A stretch of DNA of 64,000 nucleotides from Octopus sinensis (lineage: Eukaryota), in assembly GCF_006345805.1 (NCBI RefSeq), contig NC_042999.1:156364001-156428000 (forward strand), written 5' to 3'. Position 1 is the first letter of the stretch, and the number at the start of each line of letters is the position of its first letter. The position numbers and the translations under genes were made by a program. Under the pieces are notes generated by a model. It was not told the origin of the DNA. It did no database searches and saw only the letters and a list, made by a program, of their open reading frames with translations. This document shows, one piece after another, positions 38,001-49,975 of this stretch.

Positions 38001-38994
38001 GGCATTAGTGTGTGAATAGGAGTGTTTAGTCTGTGAGTGCATTGGATCCTTAAGGCACCACAGAAACTATGGCATGGAGGAATACATTTCTGTTTCCCTC
38101 GCCAATTTGATAAGTTGAAAATTTTATTTCAAGTTAATGAATCAGTTGTCAATTTTTGTTATTACTGTTTCTCTTTACAGCAGACAACTATGTCGTTTTG
38201 TGGAACCTAGTTATTGACTAGGTGGAAAGGGATGTTGAGTGTTGCTATGGATATGGTTATATCACTATGGATGTGACAGGAAATACAGGTTTCTTGATTG
38301 GTCAGGTAAGGTCATCAACTAGAGTACTTGTAATATCTTTAGCAACAAATAAGGTTTGTGAATTTATGAGAACGGATAAGTTAGACCGTGAAAGTGTCTA
38401 AGTTCTTTTTTTTTTTATCTCGAAATCTTTCCTTTGCCCAATAACACTTTCATTGATTCTTCTACGGCCCAACGGGTTACGACATTTCCCTGACAATTCC
38501 CTGACTTAAACATGACTTACCGTTTCCGTCCATGAAGAGCTCAAAGAAACTGTGGAAGTTGCCATCATACTGAATAATTTCGATACTCCACATATGTCTG
38601 TAATAGGAAACTACCACAGACTTAGGGTTACGCGCGATGAAAATGATTTTGTTATTCTTAAGTAATGTTTCAGGCAGAAAGGTAGGGTGTAAGTGTGTGT
38701 TGAGCACCCTTGGAGATGGTTTTGAATCCAGTTGATCTTTAAGCATGAAGTCTATCATATTTTCTTCTTTAATACTGGGAATTCTTTCAGCTCTTCCATT
38801 GACGATCATACTCGTTACCTCCCAGATCCAGTGGGTTCCTGTTATTAAAATTTAATACAACGTAATTATATGACCGCAGACTAATGACTGAAACAACTAA
38901 AGATAAAATATATGATTATGTTATTCTCGACATCATCATAATAATAATAATAATAATATAATAATAATAATAATATAACAATAATAATAATAAC

Positions 38995-39045
<51 letters not shown>

Positions 39046-42000
39046 TCCTAAAGATTTGAACAAATGGATAGAGGAAATAGGTACAAAATGTAGTTTAGTG
39101 CAGTTCCAGTAAACAGTATTATTATTAACTTGATCCTGAACGCGGTAGTCTCGAAATTTGTATATCGTTTCGCCAAGCTAAAATCTTTATTGCTTACAAT
39201 GATGGTCAATAGTTCATAGATGGTGAGTAAGTACCAGAGTTTAGTAGACGAGATGATGTGGAAAAACAGGTACAGATGTGTAGATAGAAACGATGTCTAG
39301 GCTAAAAGAGTATCTGTCCTGTGCGACGATGTTGAGGCTTTGAGTCTGTTTATGACTTTGTTGTAGCATTAAAAGATGTGAAGTAAGAATTTGAGAATTT
39401 AGTACAGGAACGACGAAATTTCATAAAACTATACGTCCATTCGAGAGACGATGGGTTTGATTTTTAGTTTGCATCTAAGCTTCTTTTTTCTTAACAAGGT
39501 AATGAATGGATGGTGGGAAGCCTGCTGCTTCTGGTAATGAAATTTCACTCGTTCTTATTAGAGACTCTTCTGTTGCTACTAATATTTAACTAGCTGTTTG
39601 TTTGTTTTTTGGTTTTACAGCAAAAGCTGTAAAACAACTGAATTCTAAATTAAAACTGGAACAGCAACGTATCACAATAAAACGATGGCAAGAGAACCAC
39701 CCACATGGCAAATATTGAGTTAAGCTAAACGGAAAAGAAATAGATCTGTGTGTCTGTGTTTGTCCCCCTAGCATTGCTTGACAACCGATGTTGGCGTGTT
39801 TATGTCCCCGTCACTCAGCGGTTCGGCAAAAGAGACCGATAGAATAAGTACTGGGCTTACAAAGAATAAGTCCCGAGGTCGAGTTGCTCGATTAAAGGCG
39901 GTGCTCCAGCATGGCCGCAGTCAAATGACTGAAACAAGTAAAAGAGTAAAAGAGAAAGAGAGGGAGAGAGACAAAGCAAAATCCCAACAATGGCTGAGAA
40001 GCTTGGGACTCAAAGCAGATACTGAAGGATTTTTAATTGCAGCACAAGATCAAAGTCTTCCCACTTGAAATCATCAAAAACACACAGTGAAAAGAAATAC
40101 AAGTAACTGCAGAATATGTGGTGATGAAGAAATAATAAATCATATTGTCTCTGGCTACTAAGAAGAAATATATTCACAGACACTACAGAGTTAGAACCTA
40201 TATACACTGGAAGCTATGCCAACACTATGGAATAACAACAGATAAAAGATGGTATTGGCACACCCCAGAAAAGGTAATAGAAAATGAAAAAGCAACCATA
40301 CTCTGGGATATGCCAATACTCACAAGTTGAGAAATCAAGGTTAATAGGCCGGATATAGTTGTCAGAGATCACCAAGAAAAAATGCCTTCTAATAGATGTA
40401 TCAATACCAAAAGATGACAACGTTTCTCTAAAAGAAACAGAGAAACTTTCAAAATACAAAGACCTGGAAATAGAGGTAACTCGAATGTGGAGCCTAAAAA
40501 CAGAAACACTTCCTATGGTACCAATTGCCTAGGGATAAAAGATGGTCTACAGCAAATATTCTGCTCAGTATCACAGATTTGCTTGACAATTGTTTGATCT
40601 TAACCAGTTGAGCATGTTACTTAATTGTTGACGATATCTGCATTTTTGTTCAAGAATAGAAGAAATGGGTGAGCATCATAGTCATGTGTTCAGAAGAATT
40701 CTTTGGGGTTTGAACAATTCACCTCTTGAAACATGGGCGTTTCGTTCATCATCCATAAACAAACCTTATTCAGAGACATTTTGAACGGGATGGGTTACTT
40801 GACCTAAAGAAAATTCAAACTGGGCCTCACCAGCAAGGTCATGCGCAGTTTATGTTGATGAGATCACCTTGTCACGCACATGTGGTTGTGATGTATGTGC
40901 CTAGTGTACAATTATCACACGGGTAGTCATGATGGGTATATTGGGGTTCATATATTTCTTAGTGTCAAATTGACAGCAGGCATTGCACTTTTACTCAATA
41001 ATGATGATGATGATGATAATAATAATAATAATAATAAAAATAATACTACTACTAATAATAATGATAATAAATGCCCTGATGCAGTACCAGGCAGTGGCTT
41101 TCATGGCTTCTGATCTTAACTGATTGGAAGTGTTACCATGTACATTGTTTTGTCTCGGTATAAAAGATGGGCTACAGCAAATATTCTGCTCAATACCACA
41201 GATTTGCTTGTCGGTTGTTTGACCATAACCAGTTGAGCATGTCCCTTAGTGGCTGACGATATGTGCATCTCTGATCACGAGCAGAAGTAGTGGGGGAGCA
41301 TCATAGCCATGTGTTGAGAGGGATTCTTTGGGGTTTGAATAATTCACCTCTGGAAACATTGGTGTTTCGTTCAATATCCTTAAGCAACCCTTATTCAGGG
41401 ACCTTTTGAGCGGGATGGGCTACTCGACCAGAAGAAAATTCCAACTGGGCCCCACCTGCAAGGTCATGTGCTGTTTATCTTGATATGAGATCACCATGTC
41501 GCGCACATATGGTTGTGATGCATGTGCCTAGTGTACCCTTTATCAGACGGGTAGTCATGATGGGTATATTGGGCTTCGTATATTTTACCCCAGTGTCACT
41601 TTGATGGCATGAACCGCTCTCTCACTCAATAATAATAATAATAATAATAATAATGAATAATAATAATAATAATAATAATAATGATAATTAGGGCGGCGAG
41701 CAGGCAGAACCGTTAGCACGCCGGGCGAAATGCGTAGCCGTATTTCGTCTGCCGTTACGTTCTGAGTTCAAATTCCGCCGAGGTCGACTTTGCCTTTCAT
41801 CCTTTCGGGGTCGATAAATTAAGTACCAGTTACGCACTGGGGTCGATGTAATCAGCTTAATCCGTTTGTATGTACTTGTTTGTCCTCTCTGTGTTTAGTC
41901 CCTTGTGGGTAATAAATAAATAAATAATAATAATAATAATTGCCTTGATGCACTACTAGACACTCGGTCTCATAGTTTTTGCCTGCCCTGATGCACCACC

Positions 42001-43652
42001 AGGCAGTGGCTTTTATGGGTTTTGCATGAAGCTCGTGGTTTTTGTATACCCTACAGTACTAACAGGTAGTAGTTCTCATGGCTTCTGAATGCCTCGATGC
42101 GCTATCAAGGAGTGGGTTTCATCCCTTTTGTATGCTGTGATGCACCGCCAGGCTGTGGCTTTGTATACATACTCACATATGTGTATTTGTAATATCTATA
42201 CTTGTACACACACGCGCACACAGACACACAGACACACACTCACACACAGACACACACAGACACACAGACACACGACACACACACACACACACACAGACAC
42301 ACACACACACAGACACACACACAGACACACAGACACACAGACACACACAGACACACAGACACACACAGACACACACACACACACACACAGATAATATAGA
42401 TATGTAATTTTATGTGTACTTTCGTTGCGATAAAATTGATGAAGTACTTTTTCCTGCTCGCGACATGCTGGCATCTTTACGTAACACCCTACGCCCTGAC
42501 CTATTTCTCTCTCTTCTCTCGCTAGCTTTCTCTTTCTCTTTCTTTTTCTCGTCCTCCTCTCTATGCTTAATGTATACTTGCCCTTTCTTTCGTCTGCAAC
42601 AACTGACCTGTATATGCGTACACCAGGAGACTTTGCGCGCGTACATATTTACGTACACACACACATATATATTTGTATGTATTTGTATATATATATATAT
42701 ATATTATATATATATATATATATATATTTTTATTGCCCAGAAGGGGCTAAACATAGAGGGGACAAACAAGGACAGACAAAGGGATTAAGTCGATTACATC
42801 GACCCCCCCCCCAGTGCGAAACTGGTACTTTATTTATCGACCCCGAAAGGATGAAAGGTAAAGTCGACCTCGGCGGAATTTGAACTCAGAACTTAACGAC
42901 AGACGAAATACCACTAAGCATTTCGCCCGGCGCGCTAACGAGTCTGCCAACACGCCGCCTTAAAACGCTCTATATATTTCTTTACTACCCACAAGGGGCT
43001 AAACGTTTCTGCCAGCTCGCCGCCCTATGTATTTGTATATATATTCATGTCTCACCTATATATGTCTATATATAATAACAAAGGGTAAAATTAATTAATT
43101 AAGAAGTAATCAGTAATTTCACCAAGTAGAATTCGGCATGAAAAAGACCATTTCATGGTAAGCTTAAGTAATACTTTATAATTAGGGTTCAGCAAAGATT
43201 TGCTTTACCACATACCGAAGTTTAGAAATAGCAGTCAAAAAATCTTAGCTATTCCTTCTACTTTAAAAGGGGCTCCCAGAAAAACCAAAATACTTGAAAA
43301 CAATCCACGTAGGCAAAAGGGAAAAATAACGAAAATCAATATACATTTAGCAGCATGTTCACATACTAAACCATCGATAATATACATATATACACTAAAA
43401 CGTACAGACGCATGTACATAGTTACTCTTACTCTTTCTCTTTTACTCTTTTACTTATTTCAGTCATTTGACTGCGGCCATGCTGGAGCACCGCCTTTAGT
43501 CGAGCAAATCGACCCCGGGACTTATTCTTTGTAAGCCCAGTACTTATTCTATCGGTCTCTTTTTGCCGAACCGCTAAGTGACGGGGACGTAAGCACACCA
43601 GCATCGGTTGTCAAGCAATGCTAGGGGTACTAACACAGACACACAACACACA

Positions 43653-43711
<59 letters not shown>

Positions 43712-43868
43712 TACGACAGGCTTCTTTCAGTTTCCGTCTACCAAATCCACTCACAAGGCTTTGGTCAGCCCGAGGCCATAGTAGAAGACACTTGCCCAAG
43801 ATGCCACGCAGTGGGACTGAACCCGGAACCATGTGGATGGTAAACAAGCTACTTACCACACAGCCACT

Positions 43869-43920
<52 letters not shown>

Positions 43921-45424
43921 TAATGAGATGGAGTTTATCTTTGCAAGAATTTAATCTCAATATTCAACATATTAAAGGTAAAGACAATATCATTGCGGAT
44001 GCACTATCTCGAATCAACTGATTGTGACATTATGTTGCATGTATTTGTTCAGTCACATCACAATGCAGTTCTCATAATTCCTCATTGCAATTAAGAAAGT
44101 TTTCAATGCGTTCAACATTCTTCCTTTAATGGAGAGAATGTAATGTATATCTATAATCAGTGCAAAAGAGAAAATATAATGAAGGGAGAGAACTTAGAAT
44201 GTTTTCTGAGTGAAGCTTCAAAATCTAGTTGAGGGGAGACAAGCGTTTTGTGATGAGAGTTGAAATGAAGTTGCCTAGACAACTGTTCTCTTTTTAACGG
44301 ATTGGCATTGATAGTAAAGAAAGAGAGATGAGAAGAGAGCTGCATACGGATCGGACCGTTTACAACATATCTTTGAACAATCAAATACTGGACATTAAAT
44401 TCTTTGAATATTAATTTATCTGCAAATGGATCTGTAAATTATCAAATATATATTTTAATTGACTTTTGTATAAAATACATTTTTGTTACATAATTTCAAT
44501 CCTTGAATGTCAATTCACTGATTTAAAAAAATTTGTTGTTGCGTTCAGAAGTTCAGCCCTTTTTATACCTAAAAATTTGTCTGATAGTAACAATATATTG
44601 TATATATATATATATATATATATAATAGAAATATTAAAATTACTAAGTCTCTCTAAAAGAGATCACGGCAGCGTTCCTGAAAATAATAGTTATTGCCATA
44701 CTAATATGGCATTCTTATAAAATAAGAATAAAGCTGTCCGCTTATTAGCTCCATGAGGCCATCGCCTTAAGTTAGCTATTTGACTACGCTACATTGAAAA
44801 GGGGCAATACCCCGAAACGCGTCTGTAGCTGTCGGTCAAGTAGTGTGGAGCGACTGACCTCCCTTGTTCGAAGGTTATATGGATACAGTTTGTGTATCAA
44901 ATAGCTAACTTAAGGCGATGGCCTCATGGAGCTAATAAGCGGACAGCTTTATTCTTATTTTTATAAGAATGCCATATTAGTATGGCGATAACTATTATAT
45001 ATATATATATATTATATATATATTATATATATATATATATATATACTAGTAGTATAGCCCGGCGTTGCTCGGGTTTGTTTTCTTTTCGACCCTTTAGAAT
45101 TGGAATTTTTGAAAAGTAAACATTTTGCATTATGTAGCTTGTTATTCTCCGTAAGTGAACATTTTTCTGGTTGAAATACAGGGAAAAATGGCGAAACAGC
45201 AGTCAAAAAATCGTAAAAAATAGGTATTTTCACAGAAAAAAAAAGCACCTTTTTGATGTAAATAATTTTTGGTGTTAACATGGTCCGATTTGAATTTTTT
45301 CTTCTACGGAATGAAGAGCCAGCCTTCTATCATAATCTAAATTTTGGTCAACTTGCGCCGCAGGGTCTCGGAGGAGATAGTGTTAGTTGAAGGCTATCAA
45401 ACCTGCCACACACAACAACTTCAG

Positions 45425-45507
<83 letters not shown>

Positions 45508-46591
45508 ACATTTGCAGCGTGGAAGTATCTATAAGCCATTTAAGTAACACACAAAAACCTTTAGATTTACTTCAACATTTGAATTTAATTTGTCAAAATA
45601 TTTTCGTCGTTTTGACACCGTGACCTGTTCACTGATACAATTCTGTGCTGCATCACAGAATTCTGTGATGCAGAAAAAAAAAAAAGAAAGATATAAGAAT
45701 TAATATCTATCGTAACTTATATCTATCAATATATATAAAAAAGATATAGTAGCAAGAATAATATTTTAATGGAAAGTAAGAAAACCTATCAAACCCAAAA
45801 TTAAAAAAAGGTGCAAAAATATTAGAACCAAAGAACAATACACTATGAAATTGTAAATCACAATCACCAGTTCTCACAAAACCAGTCAATAACAATAACA
45901 AAAATAACAAAGATCAAACTCAAAATAATAACAAGATCTAACTAATATTGATAAACGAACTAAATTACTAAGTTCAGCGATTATGTTAATCTATCTGGAT
46001 TTTAAATGTATTAATATGTTTTAGCGTCTAATTAATATACTCAATACGATTCCATTCATGAATAATACAATTAAAAATATTTGAAAGAGTACAACTATAC
46101 TCAAATCAATTATGTAAACTAGTTATATTAATATCCATGTATATCTATAGATTTAATATATCACACGATAAAAAAGTTAAACTTTATATTAAAATAAAAA
46201 CTAGTTTATTTAAAAATAATACTATTTAATGAAAATATTATCTAATTATTAAAAGAAATATAGTCTAACAATATTAATTCTCAAATTAGATAAATAATGC
46301 AGGTCAGCAGTGACACCTGCTGGGTTCGGCTACTCCACATTGATAAGAGGCAAACACCTAGAAACTAGTCTGTGGGTGCCAGACCAGCAAGGGGAAGCTG
46401 CTGACCTCCTCTGTTCGAAGGTTATAATGGACACAGGTCCGAATGTCACATAGCTAGCTAGAGGCGATGACCTCTTGGAGTTAATCAACGGCAGCATTCG
46501 TCCTATTTTTCTGGACTGCCATCTTAGCTTGGCGATAACTATTAATATCCAGTACCGCTGCCGTAGTCTCCTTTAGAGAGAATTAGAAATA

Positions 46592-46640
<49 letters not shown>

Positions 46641-47603
46641 AATAAAATAGAATATATGCATATATATAAACATATATGTACGTACCTACCTCTACATGTA
46701 CATATACACGCATATATGTGTACAGGACACCAAAAAGACGTCGAACACATAGAGAGACGAAACACATAGACACAAACCAAGGAACAAGACAAGCAAAAAA
46801 AAGGGAGAGATACAGGACAATAAGCACAACGAAAAAACCCCTTCTTCAGTCGCTAAGATTTCATCTACTAAACGTTTCGAAGGATAAAAGCGAGACGTAT
46901 ACTTCGAAGAAAAATTCCTTCCCGCGAAAAGCAAATCAATTAAAATTCTGAGATCTTTTCGCAGAGGGGTAAAAAAAGCAAGACAGTATATATATATATA
47001 TATTATATATATAATATATATATTATATATATATATATATATATACAAGATAAGAAAATAGAGAAATACATCTAAATCAAATATCAATTACCAGATAATA
47101 CTCAATCACATACTTTATTAAACCACCACAAAAGAGACTGTAGGGTTAAACATAAAAAAGCAGAACAAATCAGTGTACATAAAGGAATGTACATAAAAGG
47201 GTATACATAAAAGAGTAATGTTGTATAATAAGTAGAATATATATAAAAAAGAGAATATAAATATAAGTAAATATATATATGCTGAAACCCCCTTCGGTCA
47301 TGACTGACCATGGGATTGAACCTAGAAAGTTACCCTCCCAGGCACAAGTCCGGGCAAGGTTGGTTATGGAAGACCAGCAGTCACCCATGCATACCGGCCT
47401 CCCCTCTCCGCGCCACCAAGGAAAAGACAAAGGCCGATACCACTTGGCACCTGTGACGTCGCAACTCATTTGAATAGCTGAGTGAACTGGAGCAACGCGA
47501 AATAAAGTGTCTTGCTCAAGAACACAACACGGAGCCCGTCTGGAATTCGAACTCACAACCCCACGATCGTAAGCTCGACGCTCTAACCACAGAGCCATGC
47601 GTC

Positions 47604-47636
<33 letters not shown>

Positions 47637-48146
47637 ATAGTTATTTAGTGTTACGTTAAGAGGGGGGGTGTAAGTGTGAGTGTATGAGTATAAGTGTGTA
47701 TAGGTGTGTCTTTGCGTTTGTCCCACCTGCCACCGTTTGTCAACCGGTGTTAGTTGGCATACATCCTCGTAACCTACCGGCTAAGCAAATGTGACCAATA
47801 GAATAAGTGATAATTTTTTTAAAAAGAAGTTCTGGGGTCGATTTGTGCCACTCAAAAATTTCAAGTTGGTGCCCCTACGTAACCACAGTCCAATGAATGA
47901 AGCAAATAGAAAGAAAGATTAGGATAAATATCAGTAAAGCCACTCACCCGCGGTTGGATATGCAGAAATGACAATGTCATCAGCTCGAAGAGGTAGAGAG
48001 GAGATATTTGCCAAAACAGAGGGAACTACTGGTAAGGCTGGCTGTGGAATCCCTTTATAGAGGTAGAGAGAAAAGCTATGTCCATCTCGGTCGTAGATTT
48101 TTGTAAGAGAGTTTTCAACTTCTCTTTTGATCGTCTCGCTCTCCAT
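33127..48146 (-). CDS. Cytosolic sulfotransferase-like gene, copy 1 (5 exons: 48146-47948, 38838-38521, 36332-36235, 34337-34160, 33236-33127; 903 nt, 300 aa)
   Basis: All introns are GT-AG with consistent phases (1,1,0,1), and the exon lengths sum to an open frame. Motifs: [15 protein letters not shown] (5'-PSB-like), SPRVLNTHL (catalytic His), [11 protein letters not shown] (3'-PB), [24 protein letters not shown] (KxxxTVxxxE dimer motif). Confidence 0.92.
33257..33610 (-). mobile_element. 5'-truncated CR1/L2-type LINE 3' end with (ATT)n tail, in SULT copy 1 intron 4 only
   Basis: Translates [49 protein letters not shown]; absent from the paralogous site at about 58390. Confidence 0.85.
34160..34337 (-). 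CDS. SULT copy 1 exon 4
   Basis: gaacag|GAT; [38 protein letters not shown]...GFFRS; donor G|GTGAGA; 178 nt. Confidence 0.9.
34850..35268 (-). mobile_element. SINE family A in SULT copy 1 intron 3
   Basis: Full-length; not present in copy 2. Confidence 0.85.
35752..36160. mobile_element. MITE with 28-bp TIRs and internal (TAACCC)n, SULT copy 1 intron 3
   Basis: GATCTTTTCGGTTTGAACGGCAGTTTTT ... AAAAACTGCCGTTCAAACCGAAAAGATC. Confidence 0.85.
36235..36332 (-). CDS. SULT copy 1 exon 3 (too short for the ORF track)
   Basis: ttacag|TC CCC AGT; (V)[32 protein letters not shown]; donor AAG|GTAGGT; 98 nt bridges phase 1 to phase 0. Confidence 0.9.
37588..37975 (-). mobile_element. 3' fragment of a CR1-group LINE related to the 26093-30651 element
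   Basis: [52 protein letters not shown] aligns with the C-terminus of the 28583-30559 ORF; 3' UTR ends ggcggtgccccagcatggcc. Confidence 0.75.
38521..38838 (-). CDS. SULT copy 1 exon 2
   Basis: aacag|GA ACC CAC TGG; [14 protein letters not shown]...[11 protein letters not shown]...[11 protein letters not shown]...FMDGN; donor G|GTAAGT; 318 nt. Confidence 0.92.
38938..39045. repeat. (TAA)n tract in SULT copy 1 intron 1 (paralogous tract 63436-63500)
   Basis: Direct inspection. Confidence 0.95.
39600..40520 (+). mobile_element. Decayed Dong/R4-type (RLE) LINE fragment interrupted by a SINE tail (39745-39960)
   Basis: KRWQE..HGKY; [28 protein letters not shown]; CRICG..INHIVSG; [11 protein letters not shown]; NRPDIVV; [11 protein letters not shown]; KYKDLEIEV. 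Confidence 0.85.
40530..41000 (+). mobile_element. 5'-truncated diverged copy of the (AAT)n-flanked element, abutting the Dong fragment
   Basis: Colinear similarity to 41160-41630. Confidence 0.7.
41069..41630 (+). mobile_element. About 560-bp non-coding element flanked by (AAT)n (most complete copy)
   Basis: High similarity to 40530-41000 and 50443-50889; ends ...ctctcactc+(aat)n; no ORF. Confidence 0.75.
41691..41915 (+). mobile_element. SINE family B (ggcggcgagctggcagaa... head), full copy
   Basis: B-box-like GAGTTCAAATTCC. Other copies: 1176-1350, 2297-2450, 19910-20130, 32625-32836(-), 37160-37347, 42728-42960(-). Confidence 0.8.
43425..43872 (-). mobile_element. SINE family A
   Basis: Full-length. 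Confidence 0.85.
43920..44021 (+). mobile_element. Tiny Gypsy-type LTR retrotransposon pol fragment (RNase H C-terminus)
   Basis: [30 protein letters not shown]. Confidence 0.7.
44622..44998 (+). mobile_element. Third copy of the 362-bp family: inverted segment (44622-44783) joined to a direct HHR-bearing segment (44784-44998)
   Basis: 44622-44783 is the reverse complement of the unit's 3' part. HHR at 44788-44829 is GCUACA-UUGAAAA-GGGG..CCCC-GAAAC-GC-GUC-UGUAGC. Flanked by (TA)n on both sides. Confidence 0.85.
45046..45430 (+). mobile_element. Non-autonomous Helitron-like element
   Basis: Begins TACTAGTAGTATAGCCCGGCGTTGCTCGGG and ends CAGCTTTAT(AT)n; a similar 5' end ACTAGCTGAGTACCCGTCGTGGCCGGG lies at 49976. 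Assigned from terminal resemblance only. Confidence 0.45.
46300..46590 (+). mobile_element. Divergent relative of the 362-bp HHR family
   Basis: HHR-like motif at 46334-46376: UCCACA-UUGAUAA-GAGG(CAAACA)CCUA-GAAAC-UA-GUC-UGUGGG. Shares ordered blocks ctgacctcc..tgttcgaaggttat, aggcgatg.cctc.tggag, tgccat.ttag..tggcgataactatt and tttagagag with 25500-25710. Confidence 0.75.
47290..47605 (-). mobile_element. SINE related to family D, in SULT copy 1 intron 1
   Basis: Head gtgaagacgcatggctctgtggttagagc..gagttcgaattcc; block tgttcttgagcaagacact. Confidence 0.7.
47948..48146 (-). CDS. SULT copy 1 exon 1
   Basis: ATG at 48146; [10 protein letters not shown]...[17 protein letters not shown]; donor G|GTGAGT, phase 1. 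Confidence 0.85.
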
Positions 48147-48451
48147 GATTTTATTTGTGGATAATTACGATCTTACTATCATATACACGAACGTATAATA
48201 AATATATACGAACGAATAATAAAACTTTTCAATATAAGGATATATACATACGTACACACACGGTTCAAATTTGACTAAACGAAATGGACTCACTCTATGT
48301 ACACTTATGCAATTTCATCTGCCGTAGTAGTCTCGTTTGTATGTGTTTAGTTAAGAATTTAGGTCGCTTATAAAAGTGTTACGAAACGTTATCTGTATTC
48401 TTGTGTATTTTCACAAAGTCACAATAGATACGCCTTAAAGTTGTCCACTTG

Positions 48452-48459
48452 TTTATATA
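48452..48459 (-). promoter_or_regulatory. Possible TATA box for SULT copy 1
   Basis: TATATAAA about 310 nt upstream of the ATG; weak evidence in AT-rich DNA. Confidence 0.2.
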
Positions 48460-48694
48460 AGTGTGTACATGTGTATTTCAACGTGTGTGATATGCTGTAA
48501 ACGAAGAGAAAATTTCGGAATATACATGCATGCACACTGACAGCCTGCATACATCTGCATGCACAGATACATATGTCCGCACACACACACACACACACAC
48601 ACTAGTTCTTACTGATTATGTCCTATACCATCAACAAACTGACGAGCGAGCACACGCACACACATTTGTGTTTATACAATGTAAATGTGAATAC

Positions 48695-49975
48695 GTCGCT
48701 ACATATCTCTCCATCCATCCATCCATCCATCCATCTATCCATCCAACCATCCATACGTACGTGCGTACATACGTACATACATATATACACACATACATAT
48801 ATACACACACATACATACATACATATATATACATACATATATACATACACATACTTACATTCATACATACATACAAACATACATACAAACATACATACAT
48901 AACATACATACATACATACATACATACATACATACATACATACATACATACATACATTCATACATATATATACATATACATACATACATATATACATACA
49001 CATACTTACATTCATACATACATACAAACATACATACAAACATACATACATACATACATACATACATACATACATACATACATTCATACATATATATACA
49101 TATACATACATACATATATACATACATACATACATACATGCATACATGCATGCATACATACATACATACATACATACATGCGTACATATATACAAACATA
49201 CATATATACATATATACATACATACATACATACATACATACATACATACATACAAACATACATACAAACATACATACATACATACATACATACATACATG
49301 CGTACCAACATACATACATACACACACATACATACACACATACATACATACACACATACATACACACACACATACATACATACATGCATACATACATACA
49401 TACATGCGTACCTACATACATACACACACACACATACATACATACATACATACATACATACATACACACATACACACATACATACATACATACATACATA
49501 CATACATACATACATTCACACATACATACACACATACATACATACACACATACATACACACACACATACATACATACATGCATACATACATACATACATG
49601 CGTACCTACATACATACATACACACACACATACATACATACATACATACATACATACATACACACATACACACATACATACATACATACATACATACACA
49701 CATACATACATACATACATACATACATACATGCATGCATGCATACATACATACATACATACATACATACATGCGTACCTACATACATATATACATACACA
49801 TACATACATACATACATACATGCGTACCTACATACATACATACATATATACATACATACATGCATACATACATACATACGTACATACGTACGTACGTACA
49901 TACATACATGCATACATATATATATACACACATATATATACATGCATATATACATATGTATACACATACATACGC
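48695..49975. repeat. Large degenerate (CATA)n / (CA)n microsatellite
   Basis: Direct inspection; it is the source of the long spurious HTYI ORFs. Confidence 0.95.
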
